Origin: Chara braunii
Taxonomy: Eukaryota; Plantae; Charophyceae
Length of the DNA stretch: 64,000 nt
Direction: 5' to 3'
Assembly (NCBI GenBank): GCA_003427395.1
Contig: BFEA01000020.1
Location: 3,542,439 to 3,606,438 of the forward strand
Made by a program: the position numbers and the translations under genes. Under the pieces are notes generated by a model that was not told where the DNA came from, ran no database searches, and saw only the letters and a program-made list of their open reading frames with translations. Of this stretch, positions 25,209 to 37,004 are shown piece after piece; positions within the stretch are counted from its first letter, which is position 1, and each line of letters opens with the position of its first letter.

Positions 25209-28200
25209 ATTTTTCACATGGCAAGGGAGCGACATTGGGGATTTCGTTGGTGGTGGGGCTGATAGTTGCAGAGACTCCCACGATGATCATGCTACCACTT
25301 GTGTTCGTCATCGTGAAGTTTAAGTCACCGCGCTGATTGCCCTCGTTGTCATTATCGTGGTGGTCGTGAGCATTGAAGTTGCACTCGGTGCCGCCGTAGT
25401 GGATGTTGCGGATGCCCTACTCGTCATCGTGCACGACTCTAACAAGTCGAGGGGCTGTGCTACACTATGAAGGAAAGGAAGCCTGACAGGAAAGTGCCGA
25501 AGACGACAGAGGAGTTGAGGGTGGGTGAGAGTGGAACCACGAGGTAAGGAGCTGCATCTGGCAACGTATCTCACCTTGTTCTGACCATGCGCATCCAGAG
25601 ACCAGCTGAACGAGGCTCGTAGCTGCATGCTTTACGATAACACTGTGGCGACTTAGTTAGATTTTGTCCCTGCCTTCATGTCGCATGCCATTGTGAGGAC
25701 GCATCGATATTGTCATCACAAAGTCGCATTCTTTGGACCGTTCACGATCAGGGGGCTACGCGAGGCAAAAGCATTGCTCACTGAAACGTTTGGGGCTTTT
25801 ATTCCATTTGCAACTATCTGTCCCAAGCGCAATCACTCACCTGATTTGTGCCTTCTGCTCCGTTCGTGAACCTAGCGCCCGTTGACGCAGAGTAAGTCAG
25901 GAGGTGGTTAGGTCATGATTACGGAACTGTCGATGAGGGATAAAGTCGAGCGACGGTGTAATTTGCGCGTGCTAAAGCGCTGACGGGGGAGTAAGCGAGT
26001 GGCAGCGCGAGCCAGCTGCTGGGTCAAACGCCGAGCCTCGTGATTATCATTTTTTTTACGACACTACTTGGGCTCGTCGCCAAGATAGTTACACCGCCGA
26101 GTCAGCCTGGTGATTGTCTTCACCATGATGCTTATCGTAGTGGTGACGTCCGACATCATCAAGGACTTCTATGCAATGGCCTACATTGCCTCGACGGTGG
26201 TTATTTTCGTCTTGACCGTAATAATCATGTTGCCCGTCGCATTTATCCAAGCAGTCACCTCAGTCTGACCCTTTCATTTATACCAAGTGGCAGGGACCGA
26301 GGTGTGTCTGCTTTATTTGAGACTAAGCTTTCTATGCCTCGACTTTGTGTTCATTACTTATCTCAGAGTTCTGCTCGACCGCTCTGCAGAGCGGTAGCGG
26401 GCTGAGCAAGCGCGACAAGGTCGTAAGGAAGAGAGAGGGAGGTGAAGAAGTGCGCAGGGAAAACGAGAGCGTGAGGGGGTAGAGTACGTACCTGAAAGAA
26501 GACGATAGGAGCTGTTGGGAAACAAAATGATGCATTTGACCATGTTCGTGCAATAGATTCGTTCTTATTTTTGTACTTTCGGTGAGTACAACCGTGGGCG
26601 GAAAGACGGGTTTGACACGAGAGAGAGAGATAGGGAGAAGGTTTACCTGCTTAGATTTCGTCGTTGTGCGTGGTCATTTCCTTGTCAAGACACAACAAGA
26701 ATTGGCAGACCGAGAACTCTTTCTTGACTCTGTGGGCGGAGGTTCGTAGTTACGGCCAACTGACGTTTTAAGTTGAGGTGGTTGGTTCCCTCAAGGTGTT
26801 GAGCTTGATGAGCATACTGCGGGGTATCCCCTGCGCAGTACTATGCATACTGCGGAATACATTGCTTTGCGCTTTGATGTGCGCACCGGTGAGCTCTCGC
26901 GATGTTTTTCTGCGCTGGTGACACTTTTAGTTGTATCTCGCACTGTGCATTGTTGAGTGCAAGGTTGTGACACTGGTGTTCGGTGTTGGGTGTTGTCATA
27001 GTACTTTGCTGCTACAAACGTTGTTGAGAGCACGGTTTGTATTGAAATTGTGTGGTGCCTTGTCTACGTTCAAAGCGAGCACGGGGAGGTGTGCTCTATT
27101 CAAAAACGCAGTCGTTCTAGGCCGCGCAGCGGCAGTTTGGTCAGGGCGATGTCGGACCAAATACCAAGGGTATTTGGCCATGCTTTTGCATTCGACACGG
27201 TGACGACGTCGGTTACCATGACGGAGCCGGTCTAAAATGAACAGGGTGTGCATGCTTTGGCGTGACACTTGAGATGAATTCCTCAGTCATTGAGGCCGGG
27301 GCAGATTGGTGAGAAAATTTCGTTAGTGTGCGAGCTCGTTATTGTGACGCGTGCTGTGATGGTCAGAATCGGTAGTGATACCCTTCGACCGAAGAGGCCG
27401 AGGGATCGGTTGGGCTAGTGTTGTGTCAGAAAGATTACGACACACACGGAGACTTAATCATCGGTACGTTTGTCAGGGTAAATTAATATACGCCTTGACC
27501 ATACGACCAAGGCGATTATTAATGTGTAATCGACTGGGATTGCAATAACCCCTTGAATGCTAACTTTTGTCTTCTTCTGCTTGGCGGTCTGGTCCCTGCG
27601 CATCTAGTACCAGCTGACCTGCTACTTGAGTGTTTTTCCCCGCTACTCTGAGAGTCGCAGGCCTAACCCCACTACTCGAGTGTTTTCCACGGCAACCCTC
27701 AAAGTCGCGACCGCAGTTAAATACCAGCCCCTCGGGCCGTCCGAATGACCAAGTGCCCGTGAGGGTCTCACACTCACTCAAACCGACAATCACGTAGACA
27801 GTCACGCAGACCAGCAGGCGTGCGCACACACAAAGACTTAGAATTGGGCTCAGGCTATCGGTCGGACTGAGCCCCGATACTGTAGTTGTATCTAGGCTAC
27901 TCCACTTTTATTCGAAGTAGGAGCTAGCTCGATGGGTTTCGGGGCAGACTATCTAGTAGGAGATACAAGGATCGAATCTGCCCCGGCCCTTGAGCTAAAC
28001 CTTTTGCTTGTAAGGGAGTTGGTGTTTTTAAAATCCGACGTCGGGCGACGGGGGGGCTTGAACCCGTGACCTGGAGTTTGAAAACTGGTAAAGTTAGAGT
28101 CGTGAGGACAATTGGCATGGTTAGAAAGTTAGCAGTTAAATTCTCGTTAAATTTGCTTTTTTTTCTGAATTTTTTCTTTTATTTTTTACTAAGTTTTATT

Positions 28201-28744
28201 TCTTTTAGTTTTATTTTACTTTATTATTATTATTTTTTTTTACAACGAACTAACTTAATGCACCTGCCCAGTTTTGTCGGGCAAATTCATTACCGGGAAA
28301 GATCATCGATATTCGAACGCGGCTCCGCGACTCTGGTTCGTTGCTCAGGCAGGAGTGCTCGTCGGGCGACACAGCGAGCCCGGGCGAGCAACAGAGTAGC
28401 ATTGCGAAGGGTGGAGAGCGAGGCAGTGCAATACATGGCACACGGGGGGGGGCAATAGGATCGTAAACAAGGAAAGAAAGAAGCAGCGCGCGGAGAAGGA
28501 TGAAGCACACAGGGAAGGTGGAAGGAGGAGTAGCGGGAGAAGCGTAGAAGAAGAAAAGTAAGGAGTAGAAGACGACGAGACGACGATGATGACGACGAAG
28601 AAGGAGAAGAGGGCGGGAGTGGAAAAAAAGTAGCATGGTGGTAGACGAAGGTGAAGGCGCGAAGGAAAGGAGTAGGACCGCGCGGAGGTAGCGCGAGTCG
28701 AAGGAGAAAGCGCGAGTCAGAAAAGAAAGCGCGCGCGGAATTGG

Positions 28745-28912
28745 AGAAGAAGAAGAAGAAGAAGAAGAAGAAGAAGAAGAAGAAGAAGAAGAAGAAAAAG
28801 AAGAAGGAGGAGGAGGAGGAGGAGGAGGAGGAGGAGGAGGAGGAGGAGAAAGGAGAAAAAGGTGAAGTTAAAGAAGAAGAAGAAGAAGAGGAAGGAGGAG
28901 AAAGAAGAAAGG
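28745..28912. repeat. (AAG)n/(GAG)n trinucleotide repeats
   Basis: Direct reading. Confidence 0.95.
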
Positions 28913-29199
28913 GAGGAGAAAAAAATACTTACCTGAATGTGTGGTCAGGCGGTGACGACGCTAAAGGCGACAACGACAACGGATTGACGACTCCGACGGA
29001 CTGAAGACGACGACGACTCGGACGACGACGAGGAGAGAGAAGGGCAGGTCAGTCTACGACCGTGCGGCTTACCTCATGATACTTTCATGAATGGGATAAA
29101 TGAAAATGAAATAAAATAAATAAATAAACAAATAAATAAATAAAAGTAAAATCGAATGAATCTACCGCTAGAACTTGGGTATATTCACTACTACTATAC

Positions 29200-29240
<41 letters not shown>

Positions 29241-29411
29241 CGCGAGAGCTCCATTACACATTTGACATATCTGAAAATCGTGAAGGTCCCGATGCATTCA
29301 AATCGATAGATCGATTTTGAATGTATGTGTCTTACAGTGACGTCCAGATGCGTGTGAAACGTTTTGTAGGGAAGCGAGGCACAAAGTTGCTCGCATTGTG
29401 ATGATCGGACC

Positions 29412-29467
<56 letters not shown>

Positions 29468-29584
29468 TTCGATCGATCCGCGGGTAAGTCATCAAGGCCG
29501 CATCTGGCTTCGCGCGGCTTCCATCGAAAGGATGAGCAATATCGATCGAATCTTTCGCTACAACGTCAAAATATGTGTGTGTGA

Positions 29585-29649
<65 letters not shown>

Positions 29650-29650
29650 N

Positions 29651-29724
<74 letters not shown>

Positions 29725-30109
29725 GGCGAACACGCACACACGCAGAGAAAGCACGAAAGAGAGAAACGGGGGGGGGATAGATCAACTTTCCCTTTCAAAC
29801 CGAATCAGACTGGCATTATGACCAGGTATAGTGCAAGAGGAGGAGATGCGCATAGCGAGGAATGGAGATGGTCGTACATGAGAGAGAAGAAGGAGCGTGA
29901 GCAAGAGAAAGAAGAAGAAGGAGAAGGAGAAGAGAAGTGAAGAAGGAAGAGTCACTTACCTTTACGAACTGCGTCGTGAGTCAAAGCGGCCGCTTGCTCA
30001 TTGCGAAGTCATGAGTTGTGCTCGATAGGAGAGCAACGGGTGCGACAAGTGGCACGGAGACACAACACCCTGTTAGATCTTTCTCTTATTTATTTATTTA
30101 CTTATCTAT

Positions 30110-30140
<31 letters not shown>

Positions 30141-30780
30141 TCTATTTATTTATTTATTTATCTATTTATTTATTTATTTATGTATTTATTTTTTGTATGT
30201 TTTTACTAAGATAATTTGCGTGGTGAATATGTCGTTGAAAACTGGGCAAATTCAGATCTATTAGTAAAGGTTGGGTACGTGTAGTGAAAAGGGCGAGTGA
30301 GCTGGTCGGCGGCAAGGTGAAGGCAGTTCGCAAAGAGTAGAAGAGTGTGGGGACAAAGAGGGAGGAAACAGGAGCAAGGAAGGAGGCGAGTACGAGATAA
30401 CAAGGTCTGATTGAGGGTGAAGAGATACGTACCTGGTACATGAAGAGAGGTCGGCTATGGTGTTGACAGTCATGCACATTGGTCTTAGAGAGTCGAAGTG
30501 AGCCTGATGCGTGGACACAGCAGTAGAAAGGATAGTTGGGTAGAGTGGGCTGGGCGTGGGGCGCCAGACAGAAAGGAGCGACTTTGGAAATCGTGTTGGT
30601 GTGGCCTACGAGCTTGAACATTGGCTAATTACTTCATTGTATTGCTCTATATGGATGGTTTCTGATTGCATTGTACTCTCTGCTTGGACACGACTACTTG
30701 GACATCTGTGTGAATTTGCAACTTGGTTTTCTATATATCATTCACACTCATATTCCTTGTAAGTATTATTATTATTGTCG

Positions 30781-30826
<46 letters not shown>

Positions 30827-31399
30827 GCAATCAGACTCGCTTTCGTTCCTCTTCTCATACATGCAAACAGATGGAATTCACGCCGGCGTTGGGCGCCCAC
30901 TCAAAGCTCAAAGATATGGACGTCAAAACACAATTCAGATGCAAACTCGTAACAACAGGCTATGGCGACAGAACGCCCAACACAACTCTAGCACTGTGTG
31001 TCCCACTCCACTGTTCGCATCGACACAACTCTAGGATCACCCTTGATATCCCACACGCACTCACACTGTGTCTCACGTACACACGCATGTACTAATATTA
31101 ACTCTACAGCTATGGCGGCTATGGCCGCTTCTACCCTATCGCTACGGCTAAGCTCCTTCTCTGCCCACTTCGTCTTCGGGCTCACTGCAGATCTCCTTGC
31201 ACAAGTCGCTGTGGCAGCGCTTCCACAAGGATCACACAGGAATAAATCAATGGCTGAGAGCAGCCTCTTGATTTATACTTATGCAACTTGCTGGTCTGCC
31301 TCTTTTCCGTCAGCCCATGGTGCACACAGTCCCTCGTCGTACTTGCGGAAATGGACTGGGACAGCCACCGTCTGAAACAGACAGACTCGGACTAGGACA

Positions 31400-31625
31400 G
31401 ACACGGTCTGAGACAGATAGACATAGTCTGGGACAGACGGGCACAGTCTGAGCCAGACAGACACAGTTTGAGACAAACAAAAACAGTCTGGGACAGACGG
31501 GCACAGTCTGAGCCAGACAGACACAGTTTGAGAAAGACGAAAACAGTCTGGGATAGACGGGCACAGTCTAAGCTAGACAGATACAGTTTGAGAAAGACAA
31601 AAATGGTCTGGGACAAACAGACAAG
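31400..31625 (+). repeat. 60 bp minisatellite, about 3.5 copies, built from CAGTCTG/GACAGAC subunits
   Basis: AGTCTGGGACAGACGGGCACAGTCTGAGCCAGACAGACACAGTTTGAGA at a 60 bp period. Confidence 0.92.
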
Positions 31626-33335
31626 ACCGACGCACAGATACGCTGCGGCAGATACGTAATCACGTGGCACACACACATATACAGTAGAATACATTCATAC
31701 GCAGTGACACACGCTCGAATACACAGTCACAGTGGCATACCCGCGCAACAGGTACGAACACACTCAGTGACACAGTCACTCCCAACGGAACACAGTCACA
31801 CATTGGCCGGGACATACAACGACATTGAGACATACACAGACACAGGGGCACGAACAAATACCGTGACACTTATCCGGCGTTGTGACAGTCACAGGTAACA
31901 CACCCGCTTAACTCCGTACAAGCAGACAAAAATGACACTTACCTTGCATTGACAATGATCTGCATGGGAGACGTCTTCCCAACTTCGGATTATCGCTGTC
32001 AACAGTTGCATTGTCGATTTGGAGGCTGACATTAGCTGCATAATAGTCTGGGCACTGGGCATCAAATGAGAGAAGGACTTTGAGTGCTTATGTTGGTGAT
32101 GGCGAGATTACTCTTTCACTGACATTCGGATTCAGTATTTTGGCTCTCCATTGGTGGAATATCGATGCATTGCTATTTTCTGGACAGTGTCGGACCTCCT
32201 GTCTTTCATTGTGATTTGCAATCTGGAATCTGCCATTCCGCCACCGCCCATTTTCATTGTATTATTATTATCATTATTATAATAATATTATTATTATTAT
32301 TGTTACTATTATTGTTATTATTATTGTTATTATTATTGCGGTACTAGTGACCCTCATCAAGCGCTGTGCCAAAGCCATTCAGCCAGGCTCGAACCTGAAA
32401 TGTGTTTCTAACTCTGGTGTTGAAGCACCAGGCTTGATCATCACCTATTTGCACGAATGCTGCACGTGTCAACGACGAGTCTGACTGCGTCTTTTCCCTG
32501 TAATGAACATGAAGCTGATGAGTCTAGCCTAATGTGAGAAGCTAAGCTTAGTTGAAGACTACTAAGAATTAGTGTCGGATTGCCTTGCCTGTAGCTGCGA
32601 GCGGTTGCTGCTCCGGAGGTCTTGTGGCAAGAAAGAGGGCACATATAGAAGGAAAGGGAGATACCTGAAAATGAGGATGGAGTAAGAAGAATGGAGGGAG
32701 GAAAGGAAGAAAGGAAAATAAAGAAGGAAAGGAGGAAGATTGGGGGTGAAGCAAAGAAGGAGAAAAAAACAACAGAAGGAAGGTTTCATAGTAGACACCT
32801 CTGCCTGCTCGTTCATCAGATTGTTTCTTTCAAGGTCATTCAGAAACGTTGACGGAATATTACCACTCTTATTAGTATTATTGTTATTATTTTATTTTGC
32901 TATTATTATTATTATCATCATTACTGATTATTTTAGTTATTGATATTTTCATTATTTTGTTGTTATTATTTGCTTACCATTATTTTTATTTTGTACTACT
33001 ATTATTGGAACATCCTATGGTCGGGGAGAGTCGGACATGAAAGAATGCAAGACATTGGAGAGGAGAGAGACATTATCACATGTGATGGTGCCTAGCTCCT
33101 CTGACCTCCTTCATTCTTATCTCTGTTTGATCCTCTCAAGCATTTATCTTTTCGACCATAAGTGTCTAATGATGTATTTCCACTGAGAATAATTCTGGCT
33201 TTGTTAACTTTAAAAGCAAGACAATCAGTTGCATAGGCTAGACATGACCGATAAATTAAGGCGATTGCGGGAGCTCTGCCGGAGTTCATGCGGAACTCTG
33301 GAGGCAAGGAACCATAAGGTACGCACGCAATTTAG

Positions 33336-33363
33336 CCTAAACCCTAAGCCCTAAACCCTAAAT
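33336..33363. repeat. Short interstitial plant-type telomere repeats (CCCTAAA), about 4 units
   Basis: CCTAAACCCTAAGCCCTAAACCCTAAA. Confidence 0.75.
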
Positions 33364-33904
33364 CTATAACCTTAGGGGACTGCCTATGACAATACTGACG
33401 GAGTGAATACTTTGAGTCAGGGATCCTTCAGGGCTAAACCCGGGGACAGAAAGGCAAAAACAATAATGCTTGAGTAAGGGAAGGAAAGCATGAGCTGACT
33501 AGGTGTTTCTAATTGATGTTATTAAACGTAGCGAGAACGAGAAATGTTGAGTCACTGTCTCGCTACGTGAATGTTTCTTTTGAGATATGATGAACAGGGA
33601 GAGGAATGAACTCTGACAAAATTCCCTCGCTTATAGGTCATCTGACCATGAGATAAAGAGTTGGGAACCATGAGTGCGTTGACGGGCTTGTGAGTGACAT
33701 AACCTTTTGATATGATGAATTGCCTCAACCAACCTTTATCCTATGACTAACCTATACGTACGTACTCCTAAAAAGTCCAGACTAACTCAACCAAGGATCA
33801 GGCGGACGGATTTAAGACATGAGGTGCAAGTCCCGTATGACACACTTACATGGTCCTAAAGACTTTCGGATGGTCCAAGGCTAGGACTGAGCGTCGTAAT
33901 AATA

Positions 33905-34742
33905 ATATATATTAGGCGATAAGAGAAGCGAGGCTCCGGGAAGTCTGCCTTATCACCATATTAACATATATACTAGGTGGTAAGAGAAGCGAGGCTTCAA
34001 AAAGTCTGCCTTACCACCACACTATTATATACTAGGCGATAAGAGAAGCGAGGCTCCGGGAAGCTTGCCTTATCGTCATATTAACTTATATACTAGGTGG
34101 TAAGAGAAGCGAGGCTCCGGGAAGCCTGCTTTACCACCAAACTATTATATACTAAGCGATAAGAGAAGCGACGCTCCGGGAAGCCTGCCTTATCGCCATA
34201 TTAACATATATACTAGGTGGTAATAGAAGCGAGGCTCCGGGAAGTCTGCCTTAGCACCGCACTATTATATACGAGGCGATAAGAGAAGTGAGGCTCCGGG
34301 AAGCCTGCCTTATCACCATATTAACATATATATTAGGTGGTAAGAGAAGTGAGGCTCCGGGAAACCCGCCTTACCACCACACTATTATATACTACGCGAT
34401 AAGAGAAGTGAGGCTCTAAGAAGCCAGCCTTATCGCCATATTAACACATATATACTAGGTGGTAAGAGGAGCGAGGCTCCGGGAAGCCTGCCTTACCACC
34501 ATACTATTATGTACTAGGCGATAAGAGAAGCGAGGCTCTAAGAAGCCTGCCTTATCGCCATATTAACATATATACTAGGTGGTAAGAGAAGCGAGGCTCT
34601 GGGAAACCTGCCTTACCACCATACTATTATATACTAGGCGATAAGAGAAGCGAGGCTCTAACAAGCCTGCCTTATCGCCATATGAACATATATACTAGGT
34701 GATAAAAGTGAGCGAGGCTCTAAGAAGCCTGCCTTATCACCA
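33905..34742. repeat. Array of 14 ~60 bp hairpin units in strict alternation (120 bp dimer x7)
   Basis: Units GGCGATAAG-core-CTTATCGCC and GGTGGTAAG-core-CTTACCACC; core AGAAGCGAGGCTCCGGGAAGCCTGC; AT-rich linkers. Confidence 0.97.
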
Positions 34743-35089
34743 TCTATTTTCAAAGTTTGATAATAACAAAGGTTTGAGTGTATCCTGATCGATCTGCTGT
34801 CAGACATTTGTTTCCATGTAACTGATTTAGTCCATTGCTAACTTGCTAACATTTGTTTCCAGTAAGGAAGGATAAGTGAGACCTTGACCCAGAATGACTT
34901 ATCACCTTTAAAATTTTAATTTGATCTTTATCATGAGATTCTTATTTGAGTGAATGGATGATATTGCTTGTGATTACTAGGGAGGGACATGAGACTTATA
35001 TTTAACCTTTTAAAAAGGAAACTAAGTAGAAGTGCAAGGGCGAGGAGACTGAGGATGAACTTTGCTCGTTGCCTGGACCGACCGGGCAG

Positions 35090-35104
35090 TGGGTCGACAG
35101 TTAG
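35090..35104 (+). promoter_or_regulatory. Putative primer binding site (tRNA-Ser-like)
   Basis: CA-g-TGGGTCGACAG resembles TGGCGTCGACAGCAGG (complement of a plant tRNA-Ser 3' end, recalled from memory); related GGGTATCGACGGCAAGG on the minus strand at 39417-39401. Confidence 0.45.
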
Positions 35105-35867
35105 ATGAGGATAGAAGTTGAGCGGTAGGTCGATGATGAACGTCAAAGCTCTGGGTCACAAGTCTAGAAGAAATCTTCTAGATCCGAACTTCGGAGAGAA
35201 GATGTTAAGCCTCTTTCGGACTGTGCTGTGTCTACAGGTTCATCACTCTTGGAGAAGGCTACGGAAGAAAATCGTAAGGAACTGCAAATTCTGTTATCAT
35301 TGGACAACAGGTCGGTAGAACTCCGACTCAACTTCCACATGGCTTGATAGCCACACCTAAGACAAAACCCAAGAAGAAAACGGATAAATCTTCCCCTGTA
35401 TCTATGCCTAAATTGTCCAAACACACTCGGAGGTCTTCAAAAATGTGAAGGGCTGGGTAAAAAGGAGTCAGGATTAGGAAGGAATGTTGTTTTCAAGGTT
35501 TTGAATGGGTTAAAGGCTGATGCTTGTAGTATATTCTGTGTTTGCATCTGTATGTGTGTATGTGGTTTCTTGCATCTGCACAGGTGTTGGGCATTTGAAC
35601 TATCGTCTGAATTTGGGATCGTCTGAGATATTCGGACACGGGACACAGTAATTGTGAAAGTGAGGTCTATCGCCCATTCAACTCCTCTGACTTACATACA
35701 TACTTATATATATATATATATATATGTGAATGAGATCGTAAGCTGGTCGGAGCTTAGGAAGTCATTTGTCTAGAATTCTTTGAGAATAAGAGATTTTTCA
35801 AAGGGGTTTGACTCTGGCCTTTTCATGAGGTCTACAAAAGGGACATAGAGCCCTTATCCTAGTTAAC

Positions 35868-36295
35868 TAAGCGTGGAAGACTGTCCGGAAAAGTCGACCT
35901 GATTAGAAAGTCAGTCCAGGGTAGTTAGTACCTCGGGGCACGATATACGGGTCAGTCTTAAGGCGTTCTACCGCGCGTATGCCTATGCTACGGCGATCGA
36001 GAAAACGCCATCGGCTGACCTACCTCTGCGATTGCAGGTAAAAGCCTTCGCACGTGGGTCAGTAGCTCAGTAGGGATACGCCCGCCTAAGGGATGATGAC
36101 AGCTCCCGTAGGTGGAGGTATGTTGTACCTCGTGGGATCCCTAACCTGTCGTAGGGAGTCGCGAAAGGTATAGCACGCGCGCACGGTCGGAGTGGTGTTT
36201 GTTAAAAGTGACAAAAGGACTTCTGTGTGACACGACCGTGAGGTCCGACACGAAAATCACTTTGCGTCTGGGTGTGGAACCGCCGCGCGCGACAG
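35868..36295 (+). other. Conserved structured leader element of the LTR family; homologous to minus-strand 38975-38557 and 45388-45218
   Basis: Collinear similarity (e.g. CGAGAAAACGCC, GGGATACGCCC.CCTAAGGGATG.TGACA.CTCCCGTAG.TGGAGGTA.GTTGTACCT) with compensatory stem changes. Confidence 0.75.
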
Positions 36296-37004
36296 CGGAT
36301 GATAGTATTGACTTGAAGGGTGATTGGACTCTGCAAATGGATCATTGCTGCGATTGGGAGGACTACCAGGATGACCTTGTTTTGCACTTCGGTCGTGGTT
36401 CGACTATTCTACTGTATTTTCTAAGCGTCATTGTCGGGCCCTCAGTCGAATGAAGATTGCAAGACCCTCTCTCGCAAGTTTGCGAGCACCTCTTTTGTAT
36501 TTGAGAGACTTAATGACCTCTACTTCTGTCCTTCTTACTCTAAGTCTAACTTGAGGTTACGAGAGGAAGGCGGCAGGCGAGATTGCAACCCGTAGGACCC
36601 CATCAAGACTCTGTGGGGAGTCTGCCCACCGATTGCAGGAGTTCTGTCGGAGCCCAAGTGGGGTTCTGGAGGCACGGAACACCCAGGTATAATAATCGTT
36701 TTACACGTGTGATACCATCCCCCAAACTGTACTACCCTTTAACTATGTGGTTGAGAGTATGACTAAGAAAGTTATTTATTTTGGTTTATTTTTATTTCAG
36801 GACATGATCTAAAAGGTTAAATTAACAAGTATGTATGATAACCCAGATTATTTGCATGAGTTTAGACATAATAAACTGGGGGGAAAGTGTGAGGAAGGTG
36901 CTTGCTTGCGTTTGACTGGGTCAACCAAAGGTTGAGTTTATTTAGAGTGTGTGAACTCGGTGCTGTTTTTTTGTTTTATATGTTGTGCTGCTTGTTTGAC
37001 TTTC

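Larger units (their letters stand above)
33089..35088 (+). mobile_element. Putative ~2 kb 5' LTR of a Ty3/gypsy-type element; the internal non-coding remnant continues to ~38450
   Basis: Starts TGCCTAG and ends CCGGGCA (terminal IR allowing CpG decay); followed 1 nt later by a PBS-like motif; downstream leader is homologous to that of the gag-bearing element at 38.5-45.4 kb. Confidence 0.5.

Noticed and set aside
28651-29004. Lys/Glu-rich protein ORF
   Set aside because: Translation of (AAG)n/(GAG)n repeats; no domain
33905-34742. CRISPR array or known small ribozyme
   Set aside because: The linkers are repeated rather than unique spacers, there are no cas genes, and the context is eukaryotic. 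No hammerhead core (CTGANGA...GAAA) and no complete twister or hairpin ribozyme consensus on either strand
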